NCBI RefSeq assembly: GCF_004010195.1 | Contig: NC_057718.1 | Span: forward strand, 34,206,384 to 34,250,965 | Reading direction: 5' to 3' | DNA: 44,582 nt | Origin: Chiloscyllium plagiosum | Lineage: Eukaryota | Shown here: positions 1-10,149 of the stretch, piece by piece | Position numbering within the stretch: position 1 is the first letter of the stretch | Layout: every line of letters begins with the position of its first letter | The notes under the pieces: model-generated | What the model saw: only the letters and a program-made list of their open reading frames with translations | The model's database searches: none | Told to the model about the DNA's origin: nothing | Position numbers and translations under genes: made by a program

Positions 1-390
1 AATAGAAAACAGGCCAGAACCCGACCTATTTATGCTATTTACTGTGCTGACTTTATAGTCCACAGGAAACCATCCTGTTCTTCTGTTGCTGAGTCAGACT
101 CACAGAGTCCATAAATACAACAAACCAAACCACTGATTCTGAGATCTATCCCTGAAGAAACTGTTAAGGCACAGCAGCATTTTGGAGAAGTTCAAATCTT
201 TTTTAAATTTCTAAATGGAGGCTTCAATCTGCTTTCAAAATAGTGCAACCAATTTGCAGGGAAAACTTCAGGGTAAAACTATACCCAAACAGATTGATTT
301 CTCAATCTCTTGCTCCTGTGTAGTCTCTTCACTGAAGCATGATTAAGTTAGTTAGTCACAACCTTGGCTCGTTCCTTAAAGTTTTTAAAA

Positions 391-742
391 ATTCTCACAT
401 GAGTTGTGGGTATCACTGGCAAAGTTGGCATTTATTGCTCATCCCAAATTGCCCCAAACCAATTGGCTCTCTAGGCCATTTCAGTCATCATTCAATCATA
501 TTTCTGTGGGTCAGGAGTCACATGTAGGCCAGTCTGGTAAGGATGGCAGATTTCCTTCCCCAAAAGTGCCTTAGTGAACCAGATGTTTTTGTTTTACAAC
601 AGTCGACATGATCACCATGAAATTTGCTTTTTTAATTCCAGATTTTACCGAGTTAAAATTTCACCATCTTCCTTAGTGGGATATATTGCCATGCCCCCCA
701 AGCTTTAAACTGGACTCTAAATTACAACAAGGTCACTGCCTC
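391..742 (-). mobile_element. tRNA-derived shark SINE, old copy (same family as 19445-19790, 24008-24330, 43210-43341)
   Basis: Reverse complement of the core CATCTGGTTCACTAA...GGAAATCTGCCATCCTTACC...CTGGCCTACATGTGACTCC and the tail GGGCAAT...GGATG...AATAAATGC, shared with the + strand copies in this window. Confidence 0.75.
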
Positions 743-1097
743 TTTACAGTCCACAATTTGAGCAAGTAATTTTATGTTGCTATTTTTAATTGCAGATTAA
801 ACTGAGCGTAGAAATGACTGATTTCAGGTTCCAATCAATTAATGCCTTTTTCTTGTTTTGATTGACCTCTGGTATTAGTGGGCCAGGCTCATGTTAAGAA
901 TGGAGTTGGACAGAGCCAAAACAATAGGAACCAACCAGCACACTACTTTCCTGACCCCTTTCCCAGGGCAGCTATTTTATGTGAAGCAGCTTGGGGGTCA
1001 GTTTCCTGAAATGAGGGGGCAGCTTAACTGTCTGGGAGGCAGGCAACAAATGTCGGGCTGGTGTTCCATCACAGCAGGCAGCCCTAAAGGCCCTCCT

Positions 1098-1165
1098 AGG
1101 TAAAAACAATGACTGCAGATGCTGGAAACCAGATTCTGGATTAGAGTGGTGCTGGAAAAGCACAG
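1098..1165 (-). mobile_element. 68-bp fragment of Penelope-type short repeat (family A) flanked by an 11-bp duplication
   Basis: GAGTGGTGCTGGAAAAGCACAG resembles the starts of the copies at 17012 and 42445; AAGGCCCTCCT occurs at both 1087-1097 and 1166-1176. Confidence 0.7.
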
Positions 1166-1689
1166 AAGGCCCTCCTGTCTGCCTTGGTGCAGGCAAAATC
1201 AAAGGTTGTGGGTTTAGAAGGATTCCGTTTTGGAAAAAAAAACTGAATGGAAGGTCACCTCCATGTTGGATTGCACTCTCAGTTTTTTGTCCCTATTACA
1301 GATTGTGGCCTCTTGAACTGGAAGACTTATGATTGGGCCTTCAGGTTCAAGATCTTGCCTGTCACCCATAAATGGACAGGGAACCTGCCTCCATGCTAAC
1401 TTCAGGGATAACCCAGGCAATATCTCGATTGATCCCCCCCCCGGGCAGGCCAGGGTCCTGTAAATTGCCCTGATTTCTGGTTCCTAACTCTGAAGTCATG
1501 AGACTCCTTTTTCGAGATGAACAGAGTTGCATGGAGTAGTCTAACAGAAGTCAGATGAAGATCTCTGCTATAAAATGTGATGAATTATGTTAGTCTGCTG
1601 TAAACATGGAACCAGGCTTTTCGATCGTACAATCAAACTGATCTCAAATAGGCAAAAACTCAAGTTTCTAATTTACCATTTCTCATTTA

Positions 1690-2215
1690 TGCATCAGGAG
1701 TGTGATGAATACTCTCCAGTTGCTTGGATGAGTGCATCTGCAACAACACTCAAGACACCAACCAGAACATACAGCCTGCTAGACTGGCATCCCATCTATC
1801 ACCTTAAAAATTGACACACTCCGCAACGGATTCATAGTGACAGCAGACTGTTCCACCTGCAAGATAAACTGCAGCAACTCACCAAGGTGCCTTAGACAGC
1901 ACCTTCCAAACCCACAAATTTACCACAAATTAGCCAACAAGCAACAAATTATTTCATGAAAAATCTTGCGAAGTACTTCTTGAAAATCAAAAACTGCAAA
2001 TTCTTCTCCAAGCCACACACTATCCTGATTTGGAATTACATTGCTGTTCCTTTACTGTTACTAGATGAAAATCCTGGAATGCGCTCACTTACAACCCTGT
2101 GGATATCCGTGCACCACATGGACTGAAACAGTTCAAGAAGTGAGCTCATCACCACCTTCTCAAGTGCAATAAGAACTGGCTTATGGCCAGGGCAAACAAA
2201 ATCCCATGGGCAAAT
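1690..2215 (+). mobile_element. Decayed 3' end of a CR1/L2-group LINE (RT C-terminus and tail)
   Basis: Translates as EYSPVAWMSASATTLK, later LRQHLP, SWNAL and FKK*AHHHLLK, typical of the C-terminus of this LINE group; stops and frameshifts present. Confidence 0.7.
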
Positions 2216-2854
2216 ACATAAAACACACAAAATCAAAGTTACCTCATTGTTTGAGGAGTACATTTTTCAAAGCAAAATTTATTTGAAATGTGTTTGTCTG
2301 TGTTAGTCTGCAACTGTAACCATAAATGATATTTAGAGAACCAGATATGGAGCATAACATTGGAAGTGATATGTCACCATGAAATACTGATACGTCACAT
2401 TGGAACAGTTTCTGCGCTGCAGGCAGTTCAGCACGAGTGTATTTTGTTTTCAATGAAACTACATGCAAATTTTCTTTAAAAACAATTGAGGTGAAGTCAT
2501 CTTCTTTCAGCCATTCAGTCTACTGTCTGATTCTTTCAATCTTTGGAGTTTAAAGTAACTCTCTTTCACAGGCAACTTGTTCTGTCACTTTGCAGACAGA
2601 AGTGTATGCAGAGTCATTGTACTCAGCAACTCTGTATTAAAAATTATCATTCCTCTGTCCTGCACCTAAAAATAAACACTGTGAAAGTTAACACTTCAGT
2701 GTCAGACTGTTTCAAGAGTTTTCCCAAACACGTAGTCATTTATCATCCCAAATTAATTTTTGTTCATTCATTTTTTTGTGTTTCCTCCTTCAATGAATGT
2801 GTTAAACACTTGGTCATAATTTTCTCGCTGGAACTTGATCCTCTCAAAGGCATA

Positions 2855-3610
2855 TAGTAAGGTATGGTTCTCTGACTGGGTTAGATTCTCTTATTTTAGT
2901 ATGATACTTTCATTGGGTTATGATGCTCTCACAAGTGTACAGTTCCCTTACGTAGGCATGGTTTTCTCAAAGGGGCATTGTTCACTCACCTGGGGCATGG
3001 CTCCCTTTCTGTGGAATATTTGTCTCACTGAGGCATGGTTCTCTCACTGGGGTATGCCTTTCTCTAGGTTATGATTCCCTCACTATAGCACGGTTCCCTC
3101 AATTGGATGTGGGTTCCACACTGGGGTACAGTTCCCTCACTGGTGACTGGCTCCCTATTGGGGTATCGTTCTCTCTCAGTGAGGTATGGTTCCCTCTCGT
3201 GGTATGGTTCCCTCGGTGTGGTATGATTCCCTCACTGGAGTATAATTTTCTCAATAGAGTATCATTTCCTCAGTGGGGTATGGCTCCCTCAGTGGTGTAT
3301 GGTTCCCTCAGCGGGGTATGGTTCCCTCAGCTGGGTACAGTTCCCCTCAATGGAGTATCGTTCCCTTACTGTGGTATGGTTCCCTCAGTATGTTATGGTT
3401 CCCTCAGCGGGGTATGGTTCCCCTCAGTGGGGTATGGTTCCGTCAGTAGGGTATGGTTCCCTTGGTGGGGTATGGTTCCCCTCAGTGTGGTATGTTTCCC
3501 TTAGTGGGTTATGCTTCCCTCAGCAGGGTACAGTTCCCTCAGCGGGTATGCTTCCCTCTCACGATATTGTTCCCTCAGTGGGGTATGCTTCCCTTTCCGG
3601 GTATGGTTTT
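2855..3610. repeat. Degenerate minisatellite, unit about 19 bp (CAGTGGGGTATGGTTCCCT), about 40 copies
   Basis: Directly visible tandem units; most regular at 3270-3600 and increasingly diverged towards 2855. Confidence 0.92.
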
Positions 3611-5299
3611 CACACCAGGTTTGATTCCAGGACCTCGCTGTACTGTAGCCAATATTTGTGCTTTTAACATTGATACTGTTGAGATCAGCTGATTCAATAG
3701 CGACTAGTAACATGTTTGGTTGGCTCAGAGCTGGATACTTTATCTGAGTCATCAGGGTGAATCTTGGCAATTTTTGAACCAAATTGTTTCTTGGGTTATA
3801 CTTGAGCAAATGATTGACCACGTGCACTTCTTTGAAAATCTCTGTGGTTTAATAAACTACAGTTAATGCCATTGACCCATTTAATGTCATACTAAATCCA
3901 TTTAAAGCACTATTGCATTGATTCCAATTACTGAAAGTAGATAAAAGCAAACATCAAAAGTGCCTCTGTATATATGAAATATTTTAGTTAATACTGGTCT
4001 AAGTTGTGATGGTTCAGTATTGTGTGTTGGGTAATGACGGCCTTACCTGCTTTTGAAGCTTTTAAGAATATTAGACACAGCAATAGCAAGATAATTACAT
4101 CGCAGCGGGGGAAATTTCCACCTTCATTGCCCAGGCAGTAAACTGGTGGAACAGCTTGCCTATCTGTTATAGAACATCCCTCACTTTTAGCCTCCTAATT
4201 TCAATGGGTGATTGATCTGTTCATTTAGATTACCATCCTCAGGATGGCTACACTTTATAGCAGAACTCATTGGATAGCTGTAAGAACAACAACTCTGCCT
4301 GAGGATCATGTAGCTTCTGCAGCTATTTGTAGTATCACAAGCTTTACTCTGGAAGAGATTGGTTGACTGAGCATAAACAGGGGTTCAAAGGTGTGATGCC
4401 CAGTTTTATATTATTGTTATGTACTAGCTTCACTAAATTAGCCATGGAAAAAGTTCTAAGCATAAAAGCAGGTTGGCTGAAAGTGTAGTGGCCTTGATAT
4501 TTAACACCTTCATTGTACCCCGATGACAGGCAGGAGAGGATTGGGAGTTAAACAGTCAAATGCACACAATGCATCCTTGACCCAATGCGCAGGTACCCGT
4601 TTTGCAGTGGCAGATAGTGGAGAGGTGAGTTCATTACTACATAATTTAAATCGGAGTGCTACACCTCCAGATCTTACTCCATGCAGCAGAGGGGATGAAC
4701 ACTAAGATCCACGTCCAAGGATGTAAAATCTCCACCACGGGGTCTACAGACAGAGGATTAGTTATCTCCACATGTGACTGGTAATGCCTCAGGAGCTCAG
4801 GTTTTCACAGCAGGTCGTGCCTGACACCTGCGTCTCCTTTCCAATGGGCAGAGTGGCCCCACATTTCCTGTAACTGACAAGGTGACAGTCACTGGAGGGT
4901 TACCCCTACCCTCTGTCAGCTCTCTGACTCGCCTTATATTGTGCATTTCTGTTCTCTCCAAGGACAGAAGGTAAAGTTACCCATGTTACTATGGCTTGCA
5001 TGGATGGCAAGGAAAGACAGTATTTGTAGAAGGTGACTGTGAGGCATTAGGATCAGTTTGTCTCTGAGGGCTGGAAGTTCAGATGGAGATGTGAGGTGCT
5101 TGTTTCAGCCCCTACTATGATATTTGTCCTCTGTAAGTGAGGAGAGAACATTCATCCATTTTTGCTTCTATTCTCCTCAAGGCACCAAGACTTGGCTGAA
5201 TTGCAGAGGTGTTATTGGCAGAGGTGTTATCTTTTTCATAGAATCATTCATCATAAGTGAACATAAAAAGTAAATTTTTTGCTGACAATTCTAGTGTGG

Positions 5300-5550
5300 T
5301 AATGACTGAGCCCAAACGTATGCGTGCATGCATATATTTTCAAGGACAGGCTCCTTGGATAACAATCAAAAACAGAAGTCCTGGGTGACTCCTCTTTTTC
5401 CCTAGTTGTGGGAGAAGGCCAATTGTTGCAATCCTAGCATTGCCCTAGCTGGGCTCAGTTAGTTCTATACAGGCAGGAATTGAGTATGGCTCTTTAAGCC
5501 ATATATTGTTCCACATTCTAATTCACTAGGCTAGATCACTCATTAGTCTA
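5300..5550 (-). mobile_element. Ancient tRNA-derived SINE fragment (same family as 21345-21715)
   Basis: AGGCCAATTGTTGC...GCTGGGCTCAGTTAGTTC...GGCAGGAATTGAG is the reverse complement of the 5' half of the copy at 21345. Confidence 0.5.
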
Positions 5551-5619
5551 TAAGGGAAGCTTTCAAGTAAATGTTAGAGAACATAAATTTTGATCTGTCT
5601 TTGAAGCTAATAGCCTTCT

Positions 5620-6150
5620 ATAGGACCATAGGATGTAGAAGCAGAAGTAGGTCATTAACCCATCAAGTCTGCTCCACCATTTAATGAAATCCTGGCAGAT
5701 TTGATAATCCTCAAATCCACTTTTCTGTCTTTTCCCCATAACCCTTGATCCCCTGACAGATTAAAAATCTGTCTATCTCAGCATTTAATGACCCAACCTC
5801 TCCAGCCCTCTTCAGTAAAGAATTTCATAGATTCATTACCTTCTGAGAGAACATTTTATGGTATATGCATAAAGACTCCCTCTGCGCTGTATCTTTCTGC
5901 AATCTTTTTTCAGTTAAATAATATGCAGCTCCTCTAGTCTTCCTGCCAAAGAGCATAACCTCCTATTTTTCCATGTTATATTCCATCTGTCAAGTTTTGC
6001 CCATTCACTTTAACTGTTCCTATCCCTCTACAGACTCTGAGTGAATCTTCACCATTCGCTTTCCCATCTATACCTTTTTCATCATTCGCAAACCTGGCTA
6101 CAGGACATTTACTTTCCTCATCTAAGTTAATCATATATATCATAAACAAT
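5620..6150 (-). mobile_element. Old CR1 LINE 3' fragment with internal deletion
   Basis: Starts with the antisense CR1 tail (GAAGCAGAAGTAGGTCATT...CTGCTCCACCATTTAATGAAATCCTGGCAGAT); FAND (FADD-like) motif antisense near 6085. Confidence 0.75.
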
Positions 6151-6789
6151 TGTCAGAGGAGTACTGGACTACAAGTCAAGCATCTTTATATTATTTCTTC
6201 TTGTCATCTGTTTTAGAATTTTCTACATCAACCAGACAACTAAGATGGGAGAATTGGCACCTTCTATAAGTTCAAGAGGAAAGCAGAGACTGTAATTCTC
6301 CAGGGATGTTGTTCTATATTTTACACTATCTCTCATGTGGTTGATCATCAATGTTGGCATTAGACCTCCCAAAATGAACATTTTGTTGTTGCTGCTGTCC
6401 CACATGTTATTCAATATCAATGTAAGATTTACAAAGAGAATGGAATTTTATTGTGAAAAATGCTAATTGTCCCTGGGTGGCTTTTTTGAATTTGTTAAAC
6501 ACTGTGGTTGTGTTGGAATTTGGGTTCCCTGTTAAACTTGTATTCACAAGATTCCATTTTTAGTATCTCCTGTATGGAAACAGTTTTAGAATTCACTAAC
6601 TAATTACAATCTTCTTTAGCTTATTGAATAGATTATGAATATAAAAAGAAATTGAAACACAAATTGTTGATTTTGGTTAATAATGACTTTATACACATTT
6701 ATTATTTTATAATAGCAAATAATATACTTTTATATCCTACATTCATTTGAGTTTAGTGTTTATGAACTTACCAAGACAGATGACTTTTT

Positions 6790-7160
6790 GAAACAATCAA
6801 ATTCTGACGGGGGTTTAACAGGGTAGATGCTTAGAGGATGTTTCCCCTCAAGGAGGAATCTAAAACGAAGGAACAAATCTCCCATTTAGAATGGAGGTGA
6901 TGGAAATTCTTTTTTTCTCTGAGTGTCTTTAGGATTTAGAATTTGCTTCTACAGAGAGCTGGGGAAAGTTGGTCATTGAATATATGCAAGGTTTGAATTA
7001 GACAGATGTTTGGTTTATACAGGAGCCAAGGCTCATTGAAGAGTGGGATAGTATTTGGCAAGAAAGTGGAATTAAGGCTACAGTCAGATCAATCATTATC
7101 TTGTTGAATAGTGAAGCAGTTTCCATTAGGGAAAATCAGCTCCTATTTCTTATTAGTATT
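6790..7160 (+). mobile_element. Old CR1 LINE 3' fragment
   Basis: GTTTAACAGGGTAGATGC...GATGTTTCCCC (DRVD..MFP-like) followed by the tail TCAGATCAATCATTATCTTGTTGAATAG...CTCCTATTTCTTAT. Confidence 0.7.
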
Positions 7161-8105
7161 TTATGTGTTTCCTTTCAAAGGCAAGAATTTAACAATGAGT
7201 AGGCATAATTAATTTTACCTTTTTGTCTTTGTATGGTGATCACAATCCCATAGGGGAAGAAACAAATAAAAATGGAAAATTGAATGCTCTTATTTCGTAA
7301 GCTGTTGAAGCTGTCATTTAGTTAACCAATCTGTCGTCAATGTCCTTTTTTTTATTTATTTAATGGATGTTGGAATTGCTGGCTAGATTAGTTTTATTGC
7401 CCATCCCTAATTGCCCTGAAGATGTTTCATTATGCTTGGTATTTGATCTATTAAAATAATTGTATTATTTGTTCTTCCTCATGTCTGATGACTGAATGGA
7501 TTATTGGCCTTCAAAAAAAAGTCTAGAAACTGTCAATGAAATTTTGTTTAAATTGCATTTAAATATAGGGTTTCAAAAGTTGACAGTTGACAGTTAATAG
7601 TAATAGTATTAAACTATTACTAACAGGCAGGAGATAGGAACTTTGCTAATGCAGTCAGCTTTTCTGTGAAGACATCTCAAATACAAAAATAGAAAAATAG
7701 AATACAAAAATAGATTATAATAATCTCAAAAATTATATAACTAAAGAAATGACAGTAATGAATTTATATTCAGATAAGCTGGTAAAGCAAATAAGAGATT
7801 GACTAAATCTACTTGTCTTGAAAAAGGAATAAGACATGGCTCTTGTTATCATCCACATAAAGACCTTATGCATTGAATCTTGGAACTAACTCTTCCAGGC
7901 ATTTCTAGACATTTTGCTTAATCTTAATGGAGGGAAAAAACCTTAGGCCAAAATAAAACCAAGAAATACAAGTTTGAAACATGGTTTAGATTCCATGGGC
8001 AAGTGAAGGATGTGCACCTCAGATCTCAATCCCTTTTTCATGGTTGATGAACCTTGGCATCCTGCTGTATGATCGGCATTATCCTCATATAATGACGACA
8101 CAATA

Positions 8106-8279
8106 CGTGGAACCTCAATTATCCGAAGGACATGGGCAGAGACTATTTTCATTTGGTTAATTGAATTCCAGATAATCGAATGCTGGAAAGCATAATTTAG
8201 CCGAGCATCAGGACCTTGCAATCTTGCCAGATAATCTGATATTAGGATAATCGAATGCCCAATAATCGAGGGTCCTCTG
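8106..8279. mobile_element. Non-autonomous Tc1/mariner (Tigger/pogo-like) MITE
   Basis: Imperfect TIRs C-GTGGAACCTCAATTAT and (reverse complement) CAGAGGACCCTCGATTAT; TA on both sides (8104-8105, 8280-8281); internal GATAATCGAA repeats. Confidence 0.8.
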
Positions 8280-8427
8280 TATAACTAACCGGCAGTTCAG
8301 CTCTGTTCAAAGCTATGTATGGCACCTGCCTAATGGAGAAAGGTGCAGGACAAAGTTGCACTCTGACAAAATGAAACCTGGCAACGCAAGCTGGCTCAAA
8401 CATTTAGAATTAGAAGATCCAGGAACA

Positions 8428-8593
8428 CAGATTTCAACAGGTTCTGGACCAGATGGGCCAATGGGCTGAGAAGTGGCAGATGGAGTTTAATTCAGATAAA
8501 TGCAAGATGCTGCACTTTGGGAAAGCAAATCTTAGTAGGGCTTATACACTTACTGGTAAGGTCCTAGGGAGTGTTGCTGAGCAAAGAGACCTT
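8428..8593 (+). mobile_element. 5'-truncated young CR1 RT fragment running into an assembly gap
   Basis: 166 bp colinear with 11916-12081, 14 substitutions counted by eye (about 92% identity); encodes WAEKWQMEFN..KCKMLHFG. Confidence 0.92.
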
Positions 8594-9398
8594 NNNNNNN
8601 NNNNNNNNNNNNNNNNNNNNNNNNNNNNNNNNNNNNNNNNNNNNNNNNNNNNNNNNNNNNNNNNNNNNNNNNNNNNNNNNNNNNNNNNNNNNNNNNNNNN
8701 NNNNNNNNNNNNNNNNNNNNNNNNNNNNNNNNNNNNNNNNNNNNNNNNNNNNNNNNNNNNNNNNNNNNNNNNNNNNNNNNNNNNNNNNNNNNNNNNNNNN
8801 NNNNNNNNNNNNNNNNNNNNNNNNNNNNNNNNNNNNNNNNNNNNNNNNNNNNNNNNNNNNNNNNNNNNNNNNNNNNNNNNNNNNNNNNNNNNNNNNNNNN
8901 NNNNNNNNNNNNNNNNNNNNNNNNNNNNNNNNNNNNNNNNNNNNNNNNNNNNNNNNNNNNNNNNNNNNNNNNNNNNNNNNNNNNNNNNNNNNNNNNNNNN
9001 NNNNNNNNNNNNNNNNNNNNNNNNNNNNNNNNNNNNNNNNNNNNNNNNNNNNNNNNNNNNNNNNNNNNNNNNNNNNNNNNNNNNNNNNNNNNNNNNNNNN
9101 NNNNNNNNNNNNNNNNNNNNNNNNNNNNNNNNNNNNNNNNNNNNNNNNNNNNNNNNNNNNNNNNNNNNNNNNNNNNNNNNNNNNNNNNNNNNNNNNNNNN
9201 NNNNNNNNNNNNNNNNNNNNNNNNNNNNNNNNNNNNNNNNNNNNNNNNNNNNNNNNNNNNNNNNNNNNNNNNNNNNNNNNNNNNNNNNNNNNNNNNNNNN
9301 NNNNNNNNNNNNNNNNNNNNNNNNNNNNNNNNNNNNNNNNNNNNNNNNNNNNNNNNNNNNNNNNNNNNNNNNNNNNNNNNNNNNNNNNNNNNNNNNNN
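8594..9398. other. Assembly gap (805 N)
   Basis: Run of N. Confidence 0.99.
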
Positions 9399-10040
9399 TT
9401 GTGGATATACCCATTTCAAACAGGTATGCTGTTTTGGAAAATGTAGGGGGTGATGGATTCTTAGGGGAAAGTAGCACACCAAGTTTCTGGTATTGAGACT
9501 GGCTCTAATGCAACGAGGGGTACGTCGGCTTCCAAGAGATCAATTGTGTTAGCGGATTCTGTAGTCCGAGGTACAGACAGACGTTTCTGTGGCCAGCAGA
9601 GAAAAATCAGAATGGTGCATTGTTTCCCTGGTGCCAGGATCAAGGATGTCTCAGAGAGGGTGCAGAATGTTCTCAAGGGGGAGAGGGGCCAGCAAGAGGT
9701 CATTGTGCACATTGGAACCAGTGATATAGGAAGGGAAGAGGTTGAGATTCTGAAGGGAGATTACAGAGAGTTAGGCAGAATATTTAAAAAGGAGGTCCTC
9801 AAGAGTAGTAATATCTGGATTATTCCCAGTGTTACGAGCTAGTGAGGGCAGGAATAGGAGGATAGAGCATGGCTGAGGAGCTGGTGTATGGGAAAAGGAT
9901 TCACATTTTTGCATCATTGGAATCTCTTTTGGGGTAGAGGTGACCTGTACAAGAAGGATGGATTGCACCTAAATTGGAAGGGGACTAAGATACTGGCAGG
10001 GAAATTTGCTAGAACTGCTTAGGAGGATTTAATCTAGTAA
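9399..10040 (+). pseudogene. CR1 ORF1 remnant with SGNH/GDSL-like esterase domain
   Basis: ISNRYAVL, then VLADSVVRGTDRRFC (GDS block), CFPGARIKDV, VIVHIGTSDI (GxND block) and DGLHLN; frameshifted. Confidence 0.88.
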
Positions 10041-10149
10041 GGTGGGGGGACCCAGGGGGAAAGTGAGAAAAGAGATCGATCTGAGACGGGTACAGCTGAG
10101 AACAGAAGTGAGTCAAACAGTCAGGGCAGGCAGGGACAAGTAAGACTAA

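Noticed and set aside
2855..3610. CRISPR-like array, or coding repeats (ORFs 3103-3504, 3299-3667, 3453-3692)
   Set aside because: Units are contiguous with no unique spacers, there are no cas genes and the context is vertebrate; the overlapping ORFs arise because the 19-bp unit is poor in stop codons.
4040..4165. Minus-strand signal-peptide-like stretch IILLLLCLIFLKASKA ending at CAG|GTAAGG
   Set aside because: No in-frame Met, weak acceptor, and the upstream part looks like an old repeat end; likely chance.
5109..5132. Other AG...GT-flanked micro-segments (5109-5132 +, 20032-20059 +, about 26988-26996 -)
   Set aside because: Short or weak pyrimidine tracts or donors, no recognisable peptide, and such patterns are expected by chance in 44 kb.
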